From contig CAXKVF010000074.1 in assembly GCA_964057225.1 (NCBI GenBank), positions 744,001 through 808,000 on the forward strand: DNA of 64,000 nt, given 5' to 3'. This document shows, in pieces, positions 25,701-41,008 of this stretch; position 1 is the first letter of the stretch, and each line of letters starts with the position of its first letter. The position numbers were made by a program, and so were the translations under genes. This DNA is from Auanema rhodensis (Eukaryota; Animalia; Nematoda). Below the pieces are notes generated by a model. The model did no database searches. It had not been told where the DNA came from and was given only the letters and a program-made list of their open reading frames with translations.

Positions 25701-28700
25701 TATTGGTTCATGGTAACCATGACTTTGAAATTTACGTGAACTTTAATTTATGCTAATTAAATGTACACGTGATGTGCACTTGGTATGTAACTCGCTTCAC
25801 GTGAAAGATAAAGAGATGCGGTTTTCAAAATTAGATTCCCCATGTCCATATTAGTCTAAAAACAAATTTTTATTGATATTGGTTCATGGTAACCATGACT
25901 TTGAAATTTACGTAAACTTTAATTTATGCTAATTAAATGTACACGTGATGTGCACTTGGTATGTAACTCGCTTCACGTGAAAGATAAAGAGATGCGGTTT
26001 TCAAAATTAGATTCCCCATGTCCATATTAGTCTAAAAACAAATTTTTATTGATATTGGTTCATGGTAACCATGACTTTGAATTTAACGTGAACTTTAATT
26101 TATGCTAATTAAATGTACACGTGATGTGCACTTGGTATGTAACTCGCTTCACGTGAAAGATAAAGAGATGCGGTTTTCAAAATTAGATTCCCCATGTCCA
26201 TATTAGTCTAAAAACAAATTTTTATTGATATTGGTGCATGGTAACCATGACTTTGAAATTTACGTGAACTTTAATTTATGCTAATTAAATGTACACGTGA
26301 TGTGCACTTGGTATGTAACTCGCTTCACGTGAAAGATAAAGAGATGCGGTTTTCAAAATTAGATTCCCCATGTCCATATTAGTCTAAAAACAAATTTTTA
26401 TTGATATTGGTTCATGGTAACCATGACTTTGAAATTTACGTGAACTTTAATTTATGCTAATTAAATGTACACGTGATGTGCACTTGGTATGTAACTCGCT
26501 TCACGTGAAAGATAAAGAGATGCGGTTTTCAAAATTAGATTCCCCATGTCCATATTAGTCTAAAAACAAATTTTTATTGATATTGGTGCATGGTAACCAT
26601 GACTTTGAAATTTACGTGAACTTTAATTTATGCTAATTAAATGTACACGTGATGTGCACTTGGTATGTAACTCGCTTCACGTGAAAGATAAAGAGATGCG
26701 GTTTTCAAAATTAGATTCCCCATGTCCATATTAGTCTAAAAACAAATTTTTATTGATATTGGTGCATGGTAACCATGACTTTGAAATTTACGTGAACTTT
26801 AATTTATGCTAATTAAATGTACACGAGATGTGCACTTAGTATGTAACTCGCTTCACGTGAAAGATAAAGAGATGCGGTTTTCAAAATTAGATTCCCCATG
26901 TCCATATTAGTCTAAAAACAAATTTTTATTGATATTGGTGCATGGTAACCATGACTTTGAAATTTACGTGAACTTTAATTTATGCTAATTAAATGTACAC
27001 GAGATGTGCACTTAGTATGTAACTCGCTTCACGTGAAAGATAAAGAGATGCGGTTTTCAAAATTAGATTCCCCATGTACATATTAGTCTAAAAACAAATT
27101 TTTATTGATATTGGTTCATGGTAACCATGACTTTGAAATTTACGTGAACTTTAATTTATGCTAATTAAATGTATACGTGGTGTGCACTTGGTATGTAACT
27201 CGCTTCACGTGAAAGATAAAGAGATGCGGTTTTCAAAATTAGATTCCCCATGTCCATATTAGTCTAAAAACAAATTTTTATTGATATTGGTGCATGGTAA
27301 CCATGACTTTGAAATTTACGTGAACTTTAATTTATGCTAATTAAATGTACACGTGATGTGCACTTGGTATGTAACTCGCTTCACGTGAAAGATAAAGAGA
27401 TGCGGTTTTCAAAATTAGATTCCCCATGTGCATATTAGTCTAAAAACAAATTTTTATTGATATTGGTGCATGGTAACCATGACTTTGAAATTTACGTGAA
27501 CTTTAATTTATGCTAATTAAATGTACACGTGATGTGCACTTGGTATGTAACTCGCTTCACGTGAAAGATAAGGAGATGCGGTTTTCAAAATTAGATTCCC
27601 CATGTCCATATTAGTCTAAAAACAAATTTTTATTGATATTGGTGCATGGTAACCATGACTTTGAAATTTACGTGAACTTTAATTTATGCTAATTAAATGT
27701 ACACGTGATGTGCACTTGGTATGTAACTCGCTTCACGTGAAAGATAAAGAGATGCGGTTTTCAAAATTAGATTCGCCATGTCCATATTAGTCTAAAAACA
27801 AATTTTTATTGATATTGGTTCATGGTAACCATGACTTTGAAATTTACGTGAACTTTAATTTATGCTAATTAAATGTACACGTGATGTGCACTTGGTATGT
27901 AACTCGCTTCACGTGAAAGATAAAGAGATGCGGTTTTCAAAATTAGATTCCCCAAGTCCATATTAGTCTAAAAACAAATTTTTATTGATATTGGTTCATG
28001 GTAACCATGACTTTGAAATTTACGTGAACTTTAATTTATGCTAATTAAATGTACACGTGATGTGCACTTGGTATGTAACTCGCTTCACGTGAAAGATAAA
28101 GAGATGCGGTTTTCAAAATTAGATTCCCCATGTCCATATTAGTCTAAAAACAAATTTTTATTGATATTGGTGCATGGTAACCATGACTTTGAAATTTACG
28201 TGAACTTTAATTTATGCTAATTAAATGTACACGTGATGTGCACTTGGTATGTAACTCGCTTCACGTGAAAGATAAAGAGATGCGGTTTTCAAAATTAGAT
28301 TCCCCATGTCCATATTAGTCTAAAAACAAATTTTTATTGATATTGGTGCATGGTAACCATGACTTTGAAATTTACGTGAACTTTAATTTATGCTAATTAA
28401 ATGTACACGTGATGTGCACTTGGTATGTAACTCGCTTCACGTGAAAGATAAAGAGATGCGGTTTTCAAAATTAGATTCCCCATGTCCATATTAGTTTAAA
28501 AACAAATTTTTATTGATATTGGTGCATGGTAACCATGACTTTGAAAGTTACGTGAACTTTAATTTATGCTAATTAAATGTACACGTGATGTGCACTTGGT
28601 ATGTAACTCGCTTCACGTGAAAGATAAAGAGATGTGGTTTTCAAAATTAGATTCCCCATGTCCATATTAGTCTAAAAACAAATTTTTATTGATATTGGTT

Positions 28701-30976
28701 CATGGTAACCATGACTTTGAAATTTACGTGAACTTTAATTTATGCTAATTAAATGTACACGTGATGTGCACTTGGTATGTAACTCGCTTCACGTGAAAGA
28801 TAAAGAGATGCGGTTTTCAAAATTAGATTCCCCATGTCCATATTAGTCTAAAAACAAATTTTTATTGATATTGGTGCATGGTAACCATGACTTTGAAATT
28901 TACGTGAACTTTAATTTATGCTAATTAAATGTACACGTGATGTGCACTTGGTATGTAACTCGCTTCACGTGAAAGATGAAGAGATGCGGTTTGCAAAATT
29001 AGATTCCCCATGTCCATATTAGTCTAAAAACAAATTTTTATTGATATTGGTGCATGGTAACCATGACTTTGAAAGTTACGTGAACTTTAATTTATGCTAA
29101 TTAAATGTACACGTGATGTGCACTTGGTATGTAACTCGCTTCACGTGAAAGATAAAGAGATGTGGTTTTCAAAATTAGATTCCCCATGTCCATATTAGTC
29201 TAAAAACAAATTTTTATTGATATTGGTTCATGGTAACCATGACTTTGAAATTTACGTGAACTTTAATTTATGCTAATTAAATGTACACGTGATGTGCACT
29301 TGGTATGTAACTCGCTTCACGTGAAAGATAAAGAGATGCGGTTTTCAAAATTAGATTCCCCATGTCCATATTAGTCTAAAAACAAATTTTTATTGATATT
29401 GCTTCATGGTAACCATGACTTTGAAATTTACGTGAACTTTAATTTATGCTAATTAAATGTACACGTGATGTGCACTTGGTATGTAACTCGCTTCACGTGA
29501 AAGATGAAGAGATGCGGTTTGCAAAATTAGATTCCCCATGTCCATATTAGTCTAAAAACAAATTTTTATTGACATTGGTGCATGGTAACCATGACTTTGA
29601 AATTTACGTGAACTTTAATTTATGCTAATTAAATGTACACGTGATGTGCACTTGGTATGTAACTCGCTTCACGTGAAAGATAAAGAGATGCGGTTTTCAA
29701 AATTAGATTCCCCATGTCCATATTAGTCTAAAAACAAATTTTTATTGATATTGGTGCATGGTAACCATGACTTTGAAATTTACGTGAACTTTAATTTATG
29801 CTAATTAAATGTACACGTGATGTGCACTTGGTATGTAACTCGCTTCACGTGAAAGATGAAGAGATGCGGTTTTCAAAATTAGATTCCCCATGTCCATATT
29901 AGTCTAAAAACAAATTTTTATTGATATTGGTGCATGGTAACCATGACTTTGAAATTTACGTGAACTTTAATTTATGCTAATTAAATGTACACGTGATGTG
30001 CACTTGGTATGTAACTCGCTTCACGTGAAAGATAAAGAGATGCGGTTTTCAAAATTAGATTCCCCATGTGCATATTAGTCTAAAAACAAATTTTTATTGA
30101 TATTGGTGCATGGTAACCATGACTTTGAAATTTACGTGAACTTTAATTTATGCTAATTAAATGTACACGTGATGTGCACTTGGTATGTAACTCGCTTCAC
30201 GTGAAAGATAAGGAGATGCGGTTTTCAAAATTAGATTCCCCATGTCCATATTAGTCTAAAAACAAATTTTTATTGATATTGGTGCATGGTAACCATGACT
30301 TTGAAATTTACGTGAACTTTAATTTATGCTAATTAAATGTACACGTGATGTGCACTTGGTATGTAACTCGCTTCACGTGAAAGATAAAGAGATGCGGTTT
30401 TCAAAATTAGATTCCCCATGTCCATATTAGTCTAAAAACAAATTTTTATTGATATTGGTGCATGGTAACCATGACTTTGAAATTTACGTGAACTTTAATT
30501 TATGCTAATTAAATGTACACGTGATGTGCACTTGGTATGTAACTCGCTTCACGTGAAAGATGAAGAGATGCGGTTTGCAAAATTAGATTCCCCATGTCCA
30601 TATTAGTCTAAAAACAAATTTTTATTGACATTGGTGCATGGTAACCATGACTTTGAAATTTACGTGAACTTTAATTTATGCTAATTAAATGTACACGTGA
30701 TGTGCACTTGGTATGTAACTCGCTTCACGTGAAAGATAAAGAGATGCGGTTTTCAAAATTAGATTCCCCATGTCCATATTAGTCTAAAAACAAATTTTTA
30801 TTGATATTGGTGCATGGTAACCATGACTTTGAAATTTACGTGAACTTTAATTTATGCTAATTAAATGTACACGTGATGTGCACTTGGTATGTAACTCGCT
30901 TCACGTGAAAGATGAAGAGATGCGGTTTTCAAAATTAGATTCCCCATGTCCATATTAGTCTAAAAACAAATTTTTA

Positions 30977-33900
30977 TTGATATTGGTGCATGGTAACCAT
31001 GACTTTGAAATTTACGTGAACTTTAATTTATGCTAATTAAATGTACACGTGATGTGCACTTGGTATGTAACTCGCTTCACGTGAAAGATAAAGAGATGCG
31101 GTTTTCAAAATTAGATTCCCCATGTGCATATTAGTCTAAAAACAAATTTTTATTGATATTGGTGCATGGTAACCATGACTTTGAAATTTACGTGAACTTT
31201 AATTTATGCTAATTAAATGTACACGTGATGTGCACTTGGTATGTAACTCGCTTCACGTGAAAGATAAAGAGATGCGGTTTTCAAAATTAGATTCCCCATG
31301 TGCATATTAGTCTAAAAACAAATTTTTATTGATATTGGTGCATGGTAACCATGACTTTGAAATTTACGTGAACTTTAATTTATGCTAATTAAATGTACAC
31401 GTGATGTGCACTTGGTATGTAACTCGCTTCACGTGAAAGATAAGGAGATGCGGTTTTCAAAATTAGATTCCCCATGTCCATATTAGTCTAAAAACAAATT
31501 TTTATTGATATTGGTGCATGGTAACCATGACTTTGAAATTTACGTGAACTTTAATTTATGCTAATTAAATGTACACGTGATGTGCACTTGGTATGTAACT
31601 CGCTTCACGTGAAAGATAAAGAGATGCGGTTTTCAAAATTAGATTCCCCATGTCCATATTAGTTTAAAAACAAATTTTTATTGATATTGGTGCATGGTAA
31701 CCATGACTTTGAAATTTACGTGAACTTTAATTTATGCTAATTAAATGTACACGTGATGTGCACTTGGTATGTAACTCGCTTCACGTGAGAGATAAAGAGA
31801 TGCGGTTTTCAAAATTAGATTCCCCATGTCCATATTAGTCTAAAAACAAATTTTTATTGATATTGGTTCATGGTAACCATGACTTTGAAATTTACGTGAA
31901 CTTTAATTTATGCTAATTAAATGTACACGTGATGTGCACTTGGTATGTAACTCGCTTCACGTGAAAGATAAAGAGATGCGGTTTTCAAAATTAGATTCCC
32001 CATGTCCATATTAGTCTAAAAACAAATTTTTATTGATTTTGGTGCATGGTAACCATGACTTTGAAATTTACGTGAACTTTAATTTATGCTAATTAAATGT
32101 ACACGTGATGTGCACTTGGTATGTAACTCGCTTCACGTGAAAGATAAAGAGATGCGGTTTTCAAAATTAGATTCCCCATGTCCATATTAGTCTAAAAACA
32201 AATTTTTATTGATATTGGTGCATGGTAACCATGACTTTGAAATTTACGTGAACTTTAATTTATGCTAATTAAATGTACACGTGATGTGCACTTGGTATGT
32301 AACTCGCTTCACGTGAAAGATAAAGAGATGCGGTTTTCAAAATTAGATTCCCCATGTGCATATTAGTCTAAAAACAAATTTTTATTGATATTGGTGCATG
32401 GTAACCATGACTTTGAAATTTACGTGAACTTTAATTTATGCTAATTAAATGTACACGTGATGTGCACTTGGTATGTAACTCGCTTCACGTGAAAGATAAG
32501 GAGATGCGGTTTTCAAAATTAGATTCCCCATGTCCATATTAGTCTAAAAACAAATTTTTATTGATATTGGTGCATGGTAACCATGACTTTGAAATTTACG
32601 TGAACTTTAATTTATGCTAATTAAATGTACACGTGATGTGCACTTGGTATGTAACTCGCTTCACGTGAAAGATAAAGAGATGCGGTTTTCAAAATTAGAT
32701 TCCCCATGTCCATATTAGTTTAAAAACAAATTTTTATTGATATTGGTGCATGGTAACCATGACTTTGAAATTTACGTGAACTTTAATTTATGCTAATTAA
32801 ATGTACACGTGATATGCACTTGGTATGTAACTCGCTTCACGTGAGAGATAAAGAGATGCGGTTTTCAAAATTAGATTCCCCATGTCCATATTAGTCTAAA
32901 AACAAATTTTTATTGATATTGGTTCATGGTAACCATGACTTTGAAATTTACGTGAACTTTAATTTATGCTAATTAAATGTACACGTGATGTGCACTTGGT
33001 ATGTAACTCGCTTCACGTGAAAGATAAAGAGATGCGGTTTTCAAAATTAGATTCCCCATGTCCATATTAGTCTAAAAACAAATTTTTATTGATTTTGGTG
33101 CATGGTAACCATGACTTTGAAATTTACGTGAACTTTAATTTATGCTAATTAAATGTACACGTGATGTGCACTTGGTATGTAACTCGCTTCACGTGAAAGA
33201 TAAAGAGATGCGGTTTTCGAAATTAGATTCCCCATGTCCATATTAGTCTAAAAACAAATTTTTATTGATATTGGTGCATGGTAACCATGACTTTGAAATT
33301 TACGTGAACTTTAATTTATGCTAATTAAATGTACACGTGATGTGCACTTGGTATGTAACTCGCTTCACGTGAAAGATAAAGAGATGCGGTTTTCAAAATT
33401 AGATTCCCCATGTCCATATTAGTCTAAAAACAAATTTTTATTGATATTGGTTCATGGTAACCATGACTTTGAAATTTACGTGAACTTTAATTTATGCTAA
33501 TTAAATGTATACGTGGTGTGCACTTGGTATATAACTCGCTTCACGTGAAAGATAAAGAGATGCGGTTTTCAAAATTAGATTCCCCATGTCCATATTAGTC
33601 TAAAAACAAATTTTTATTGATATTGGTTCATGGTAACCATGACTTTGAAATTTACGTGAACTTTAATTTATGCTAATTAAATGTACACGTGATGTGCACT
33701 TGGTATGTAACTCGCTTCACGTGAAAGATAAAGAGATGCGGTTTTCAAAATTAGATTCCCCATGTCCATATTAGTCTAAAAACAAATTTTTATTGATATT
33801 GGTTCATGGTAACCATGACTTTGAAATTTACGTGAACTTTAATTTATGCTAATTAAATGTACACGTGATGTGCACTTGGTATGTAACTCGCTTCACGTGA

Positions 33901-36900
33901 AAGATAAAGAGATGCGGTTTTCAAAATTAGATTCCCCATGTCCATATTAGTCTAAAAACAAATTTTTATTGATATTGGTTCATGGTAACCATGACTTTGA
34001 AATTTACGTGAACTTTAATTTATGCTAATTAAATGTACACGTGATGTGCACTTGGTATGTAACTCGCTTCACGTGAAAGATAAAGAGATGCGGTTTTTAA
34101 AATTAGATTCCCCATGTCCATATTAGTCTAAAAACAAATTTTCATTGATATTGGTTCATGGTAACCATGACTTTGAATTTTACGTGAACTTTAATTTATG
34201 CTAATTAAATGTACACGTGATGTGCACTTGGTATGTAACTCGCTTCACGTGAAAGATAAAGAGATGCGGTTTTCAAAATTAGATTCCCCATGTCCATATT
34301 AGTCTAAAAACAAATTTTTATTGATATTGGTTCATGGTAACCATGACTTTGAAATTTACGTAAACTTTAATTTATGCTAATTAAATGTACACGTGATGTG
34401 CACTTGGTATGTAACTCGCTTCACGTGAAAGATAAAGAGATGCGGTTTTCAAAATTAGATTCCCCATGTCCATATTAGTCTAAAAACAAATTTTTATTGA
34501 TATTGGTTCATGGTAACCATGACTTTGAATTTAACGTGAACTTTAATTTATGCTAATTAAATGTACACGTGATGTGCACTTGGTATGTAACTCGCTTCAC
34601 GTGAAAGATAAAGAGATGCGGTTTTCAAAATCAGATTCCCCATGTCCATATTAGTCTAAAAACAAATTTTTATTGATATTGGTGCATGGTAACCATGACT
34701 TTGAAATTTACGTGAACTTTAATTTATGCTAATTAAATGTACACGTGATGTGCACTTGGTATGTAACTCGCTTCACGTGAAAGATAAAGAGATGCGGTTT
34801 TCAAAATTAGATTCCCCATGTCCATATTAGTTTAAAAACAAATTTTTATTGATATTGGTGCATGGTAACCATGACTTTGAAATTTACGTGAACTTTAATT
34901 TATGCTAATTAAATGTACACGTGATGTGCACTTGGTATGTAACTCGCTTCACGTGAGAGATAAAGAGATGCGGTTTTCAAAATTAGATTCCCCATGTCCA
35001 TATTAGTCTAAAAACAAATTTTTATTGATATTGGTTCATGGTAACCATGACTTTGAAATTTACGTGAACTTTAATTTATGCTAATTAAATGTACACGTGA
35101 TGTGCACTTGGTATGTAACTCGCTTCACGTGAAAGATAAAGAGATGCGGTTTTCAAAATTAGATTCCCCATGTCCATATTAGTCTAAAAACAAATTTTTA
35201 TTGATATTGGTTCATGGTAACCATGACTTTGAAATTTACGTGAACTTTAATTTATGCTAATTAAATGTACACGTGATGTGCACTTGGTATGTAACTCGCT
35301 TCACGTGAAAGATAAGGAGATGCGGTTTTCAAAATTAGATTCCCCATGTCCATATTAGTCTAAAAACAAATTTTTATTGATATTGGTGCATGGTAACCAT
35401 GACTTTGAAATTTACGTGAACTTTAATTTATGCTAATTAAATGTACACGTGATGTGCACTTGGTATGTAACTCGCTTCACGTGAGAGATAAAGAGATGCG
35501 GTTTTCAAAATTAGATTCCCCATGTCCATATTAGTCTAAAAACAAATTTTTATTGATATTGGTTCATGGTAACCATGACTTTGAAATTTACGTGAACTTT
35601 AATTTATGCTAATTAAATGTACACGTGATGTGCACTTGGTATGTAACTCGCTTCACGTGAAAGATAAAGAGATGCGGTTTTCAAAATTAGATTCCCCATG
35701 TCCATATTAGTCTAAAAACAAATTTTTATTGATATTGGTGCATGGTAACCATGACTTTGAAATTTACGTGAACTTTAATTTATGCTAATTAAATGTACAC
35801 GTGATGTGCACTTGGTATGTAACTCGCTTCACGTGAAAGATAAAGAGATGCGGTTTTCAAAATTAGATTCCCCATGTCCATATTAGTCTAAAAACAAATT
35901 TTTATTGATATTGGTGCATGGTAACCATGACTTTGAAATTTACGTGAACTTTAATTTATGCTAATTAAATGTACACGTGATGTGCACTTGGTATGTAACT
36001 CGCTTCACGTGAAAGATAAAGAGATGCGGTTTTCAAAATTAGATTCCCCATGTCCATATTAGTCTAAAAACAAATTTTTATTGATATTGGTTCATGGTAA
36101 CCATGACTTTGAAATTTACGTGAACTTTAATTTATGCTAATTAAATGTATACGTGGTGTGCACTTGGTATATAACTCGCTTCACGTGAAAGATAAAGAGA
36201 TGCGGTTTTCAAAATTAGATTCCCCATGTCCATATTAGTCTAAAAACAAATTTTTATTGATATTGGTTCATGGTAACCATGACTTTGAAATTTACGTGAA
36301 CTTTAATTTATGCTAATTAAATGTACACGTGATGTGCACTTGGTATGTAACTCGCTTCACGTGAAAGATAAAGAGATGCGGTTTTCAAAATTAGATTCCC
36401 CATGTCCATATTAGTCTAAAAACAAATTTTTATTGATATTGGTTCATGGTAACCATGACTTTGAAATTTACGTGAACTTTAATTTATGCTAATTAAATGT
36501 ACACGTGATGTGCACTTGGTATGTAACTCGCTTCACGTGAAAGATAAAGAGATGCGGTTTTCAAAATTAGATTCCCCATGTCCATATTAGTCTAAAAACA
36601 AATTTTTATTGATATTGGTTCATGGTAACCATGACTTTGAAATTTACGTGAACTTTAATTTATGCTAATTAAATGTACACGTGATGTGCACTTGGTATGT
36701 AACTCGCTTCACGTGAAAGATAAAGAGATGCGGTTTTTAAAATTAGATTCCCCATGTCCATATTAGTCTAAAAACAAATTTTCATTGATATTGGTTCATG
36801 GTAACCATGACTTTGAATTTTACGTGAACTTTAATTTATGCTAATTAAATGTACACGTGATGTGCACTTGGTATGTAACTCGCTTCACGTGAAAGATAAA

Positions 36901-39900
36901 GAGATGCGGTTTTCAAAATTAGATTCCCCATGTCCATATTAGTCTAAAAACAAATTTTTATTGATATTGGTTCATGGTAACCATGACTTTGAAATTTACG
37001 TAAACTTTAATTTATGCTAATTAAATGTACACGTGATGTGCACTTGGAATGTAACTCGCTTCACGTGAAAGATAAAGAGATGCGGTTTTCAAAATTAGAT
37101 TCCCCATGTCCATATTAGTCTAAAAACAAATTTTTATTGATATTGGTTCATGGTAACCATGACTTTGAATTTAACGTGAACTTTAATTTATGCTAATTAA
37201 ATGTACACGTGATGTGCACTTGGTATGTAACTCGCTTCACGTGAAAGATAAAGAGATGCGGTTTTCAAAATCAGATTCCCCATGTCCATATTAGTCTAAA
37301 AACAAATTTTTATTGATATTGGTGCATGGTAACCATGACTTTGAAGTTTACGTGAACTTTAATTTATGCTAATTAAATGTACACGTGATGTGCACTTGGT
37401 ATGTAACTCGCTTCACGTGAAAGATAAAGAGATGCGGTTTTCAAAATTAGATTCCCCATGTGCATATTAGTCTAAAAACAAATTTTTATTGATATTGGTG
37501 CATGGTAACCATGACTTTGAAATTTACGTGAACTTTAATTTATGCTAATTAAATGTACACGTGATGTGCACTTGGTATGTAACTCGCTTCACGTGAAAGA
37601 TAAAGAGATGCGGTTTTCAAAATTAGATTCCCCATGTGCATATTAGTCTAAAAACAAATTTTTATTGATATTGGTGCATGGTAACCATGACTTTGAAATT
37701 TACGTGAACTTTAATTTATGCTAATTAAATGTACACGTGATGTGCACTTGGTATGTAACTCGCTTCACGTGAAAGATAAGGAGATGCGGTTTTCAAAATT
37801 AGATTCCCCATGTCCATATTAGTCTAAAAACAAATTTTTATTGATATTGGTGCATGGTAACCATGACTTTGAAATTTACGTGAACTTTAATTTATGCTAA
37901 TTAAATGTACACGTGATGTGCACTTGGTATGTAACTCGCTTCACGTGAAAGATAAAGAGATGCGGTTTTCAAAATTAGATTCCCCATGTCCATATTAGTT
38001 TAAAAACAAATTTTTATTGATATTGGTGCATGGTAACCATGACTTTGAAATTTACGTGAACTTTAATTTATGCTAATTAAATGTACACGTGATGTGCACT
38101 TGGTATGTAACTCGCTTCACGTGAGAGATAAAGAGATGCGGTTTTCAAAATTAGATTCCCCATGTCCATATTAGTCTAAAAACAAATTTTTATTGATATT
38201 GGTTCATGGTAACCATGACTTTGAAATTTACGTGAACTTTAATTTATGCTAATTAAATGTACACGTGATGTGCACTTGGTATGTAACTCGCTTCACGTGA
38301 AAGATAAAGAGATGCGGTTTTCAAAATTAGATTCCCCATGTCCATATTAGTCTAAAAACAAATTTTTATTGATTTTGGTGCATGGTAACCATGACTTTGA
38401 AATTTACGTGAACTTTAATTTATGCTAATTAAATGTACACGTGATGTGCACTTGGTATGTAACTCGCTTCACGTGAAAGATAAAGAGATGCGGTTTTCAA
38501 AATTAGATTCCCCATGTCCATATTAGTCTAAAAACAAATTTTTATTGATATTGGTGCATGGTAACCATGACTTTGAAATTTACGTGAACTTTAATTTATG
38601 CTAATTAAATGTACACGTGATGTGCACTTGGTATGTAACTCGCTTCACGTGAAAGATAAAGAGATGCGGTTTTCAAAATTAGATTCCCCATGTGCATATT
38701 AGTCTAAAAACAAATTTTTATTGATATTGGTGCATGGTAACCATGACTTTGAAATTTACGTGAACTTTAATTTATGCTAATTAAATGTACACGTGATGTG
38801 CACTTGGTATGTAACTCGCTTCACGTGAAAGATAAGGAGATGCGGTTTTCAAAATTAGATTCCCCATGTCCATATTAGTCTAAAAACAAATTTTTATTGA
38901 TATTGGTGCATGGTAACCATGACTTTGAAATTTACGTGAACTTTAATTTATGCTAATTAAATGTACACGTGATGTGCACTTGGTATGTAACTCGCTTCAC
39001 GTGAAAGATAAAGAGATGCGGTTTTCAAAATTAGATTCCCCATGTCCATATTAGTTTAAAAACAAATTTTTATTGATATTGGTGCATGGTAACCATGACT
39101 TTGAAATTTACGTGAACTTTAATTTATGCTAATTAAATGTACACGTGATGTGCACTTGGTATGTAACTCGCTTCACGTGAGAGATAAAGAGATGCGGTTT
39201 TCAAAATTAGATTCCCCATGTCCATATTAGTCTAAAAACAAATTTTTATTGATATTGGTTCATGGTAACCATGACTTTGAAATTTACGTGAACTTTAATT
39301 TATGCTAATTAAATGTACACGTGATGTGCACTTGGTATGTAACTCGCTTCACGTGAAAGATAAAGAGATGCGGTTTTCAAAATTAGATTCCCCATGTCCA
39401 TATTAGTCTAAAAACAAATTTTTATTGATTTTGGTGCATGGTAACCATGACTTTGAAATTTACGTGAACTTTAATTTATGCTAATTAAATGTACACGTGA
39501 TGTGCACTTGGTATGTAACTCGCTTCACGTGAAAGATAAAGAGATGCGGTTTTCGAAATTAGATTCCCCATGTCCATATTAGTCTAAAAACAAATTTTTA
39601 TTGATATTGGTGCATGGTAACCATGACTTTGAAATTTACGTGAACTTTAATTTATGCTAATTAAATGTACACGTGATGTGCACTTGGTATGTAACTCGCT
39701 TCACGTGAAAGATAAAGAGATGCGGTTTTCAAAATTAGATTCCCCATGTCCATATTAGTCTAAAAACAAATTTTTATTGATATTGGTTCATGGTAACCAT
39801 GACTTTGAAATTTACGTGAACTTTAATTTATGCTAATTAAATGTATACGTGGTGTGCACTTGGTATATAACTCGCTTCACGTGAAAGATAAAGAGATGCG

Positions 39901-41008
39901 GTTTTCAAAATTAGATTCCCCATGTCCATATTAGTCTAAAAACAAATTTTTATTGATATTGGTTCATGGTAACCATGACTTTGAAATTTACGTGAACTTT
40001 AATTTATGCTAATTAAATGTACACGTGATGTGCACTTGGTATGTAACTCGCTTCACGTGAAAGATAAAGAGATGCGGTTTTCAAAATTAGATTCCCCATG
40101 TCCATATTAGTCTAAAAACAAATTTTTATTGATATTGGTTCATGGTAACCATGACTTTGAAATTTACGTGAACTTTAATTTATGCTAATTAAATGTACAC
40201 GTGATGTGCACTTGGTATGTAATTCGCTTCACGTGAAAGATAAAGAGATGCGGTTTTCAAAATTAGATTCCCCATGTCCATATTAGTCTAAAAACAAATT
40301 TTTATTGATATTGGTTCATGGTAACCATGACTTTGAAATTTACGTGAACTTTAATTTATGCTAATTAAATGTACACGTGATGTGCACTTGGTATGTAACT
40401 CGCTTCACGTGAAAGATAAAGAGATGCGGTTTTTAAAATTAGATTCCCCATGTCCATATTAGTCTAAAAACAAATTTTCATTGATATTGGTTCATGGTAA
40501 CCATGACTTTGAATTTTACGTGAACTTTAATTTATGCTAATTAAATGTACACGTGATGTGCACTTGGTATGTAACTCGCTTCACGTGAAAGATAAAGAGA
40601 TGCGGTTTTCAAAATTAGATTCCCCATGTCCATATTAGTCTAAAAACAAATTTTTATTGATATTGGTTCATGGTAACCATGACTTTGAAATTTACGTAAA
40701 CTTTAATTTATGCTAATTAAATGTACACGTGATGTGCACTTGGTATGTAACTCGCTTCACGTGAAAGATAAAGAGATGCGGTTTTCAAAATTAGATTCCC
40801 CATGTCCATATTAGTCTAAAAACAAATTTTTATTGATATTGGTTCATGGTAACCATGACTTTGAATTTAACGTGAACTTTAATTTATGCTAATTAAATGT
40901 ACACGTGATGTGCACTTGGTATGTAACTCGCTTCACGTGAAAGATAAAGAGATGCGGTTTTCAAAATCAGATTCCCCATGTCCATATTAGTCTAAAAACA
41001 AATTTTTA
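30977..41008 (+). repeat. Duplicated 21-monomer block (30977-34672 and 37313-41008; offset 6336 bp = 36 monomers)
   Basis: Identical order of C150G, C150G, A116G, C160T, A109G, T12, A6T, then a repeat of the 6-mer, then the 7-mer cassette. The rare A131G occurs at 33219 and 39555. Confidence 0.9.
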
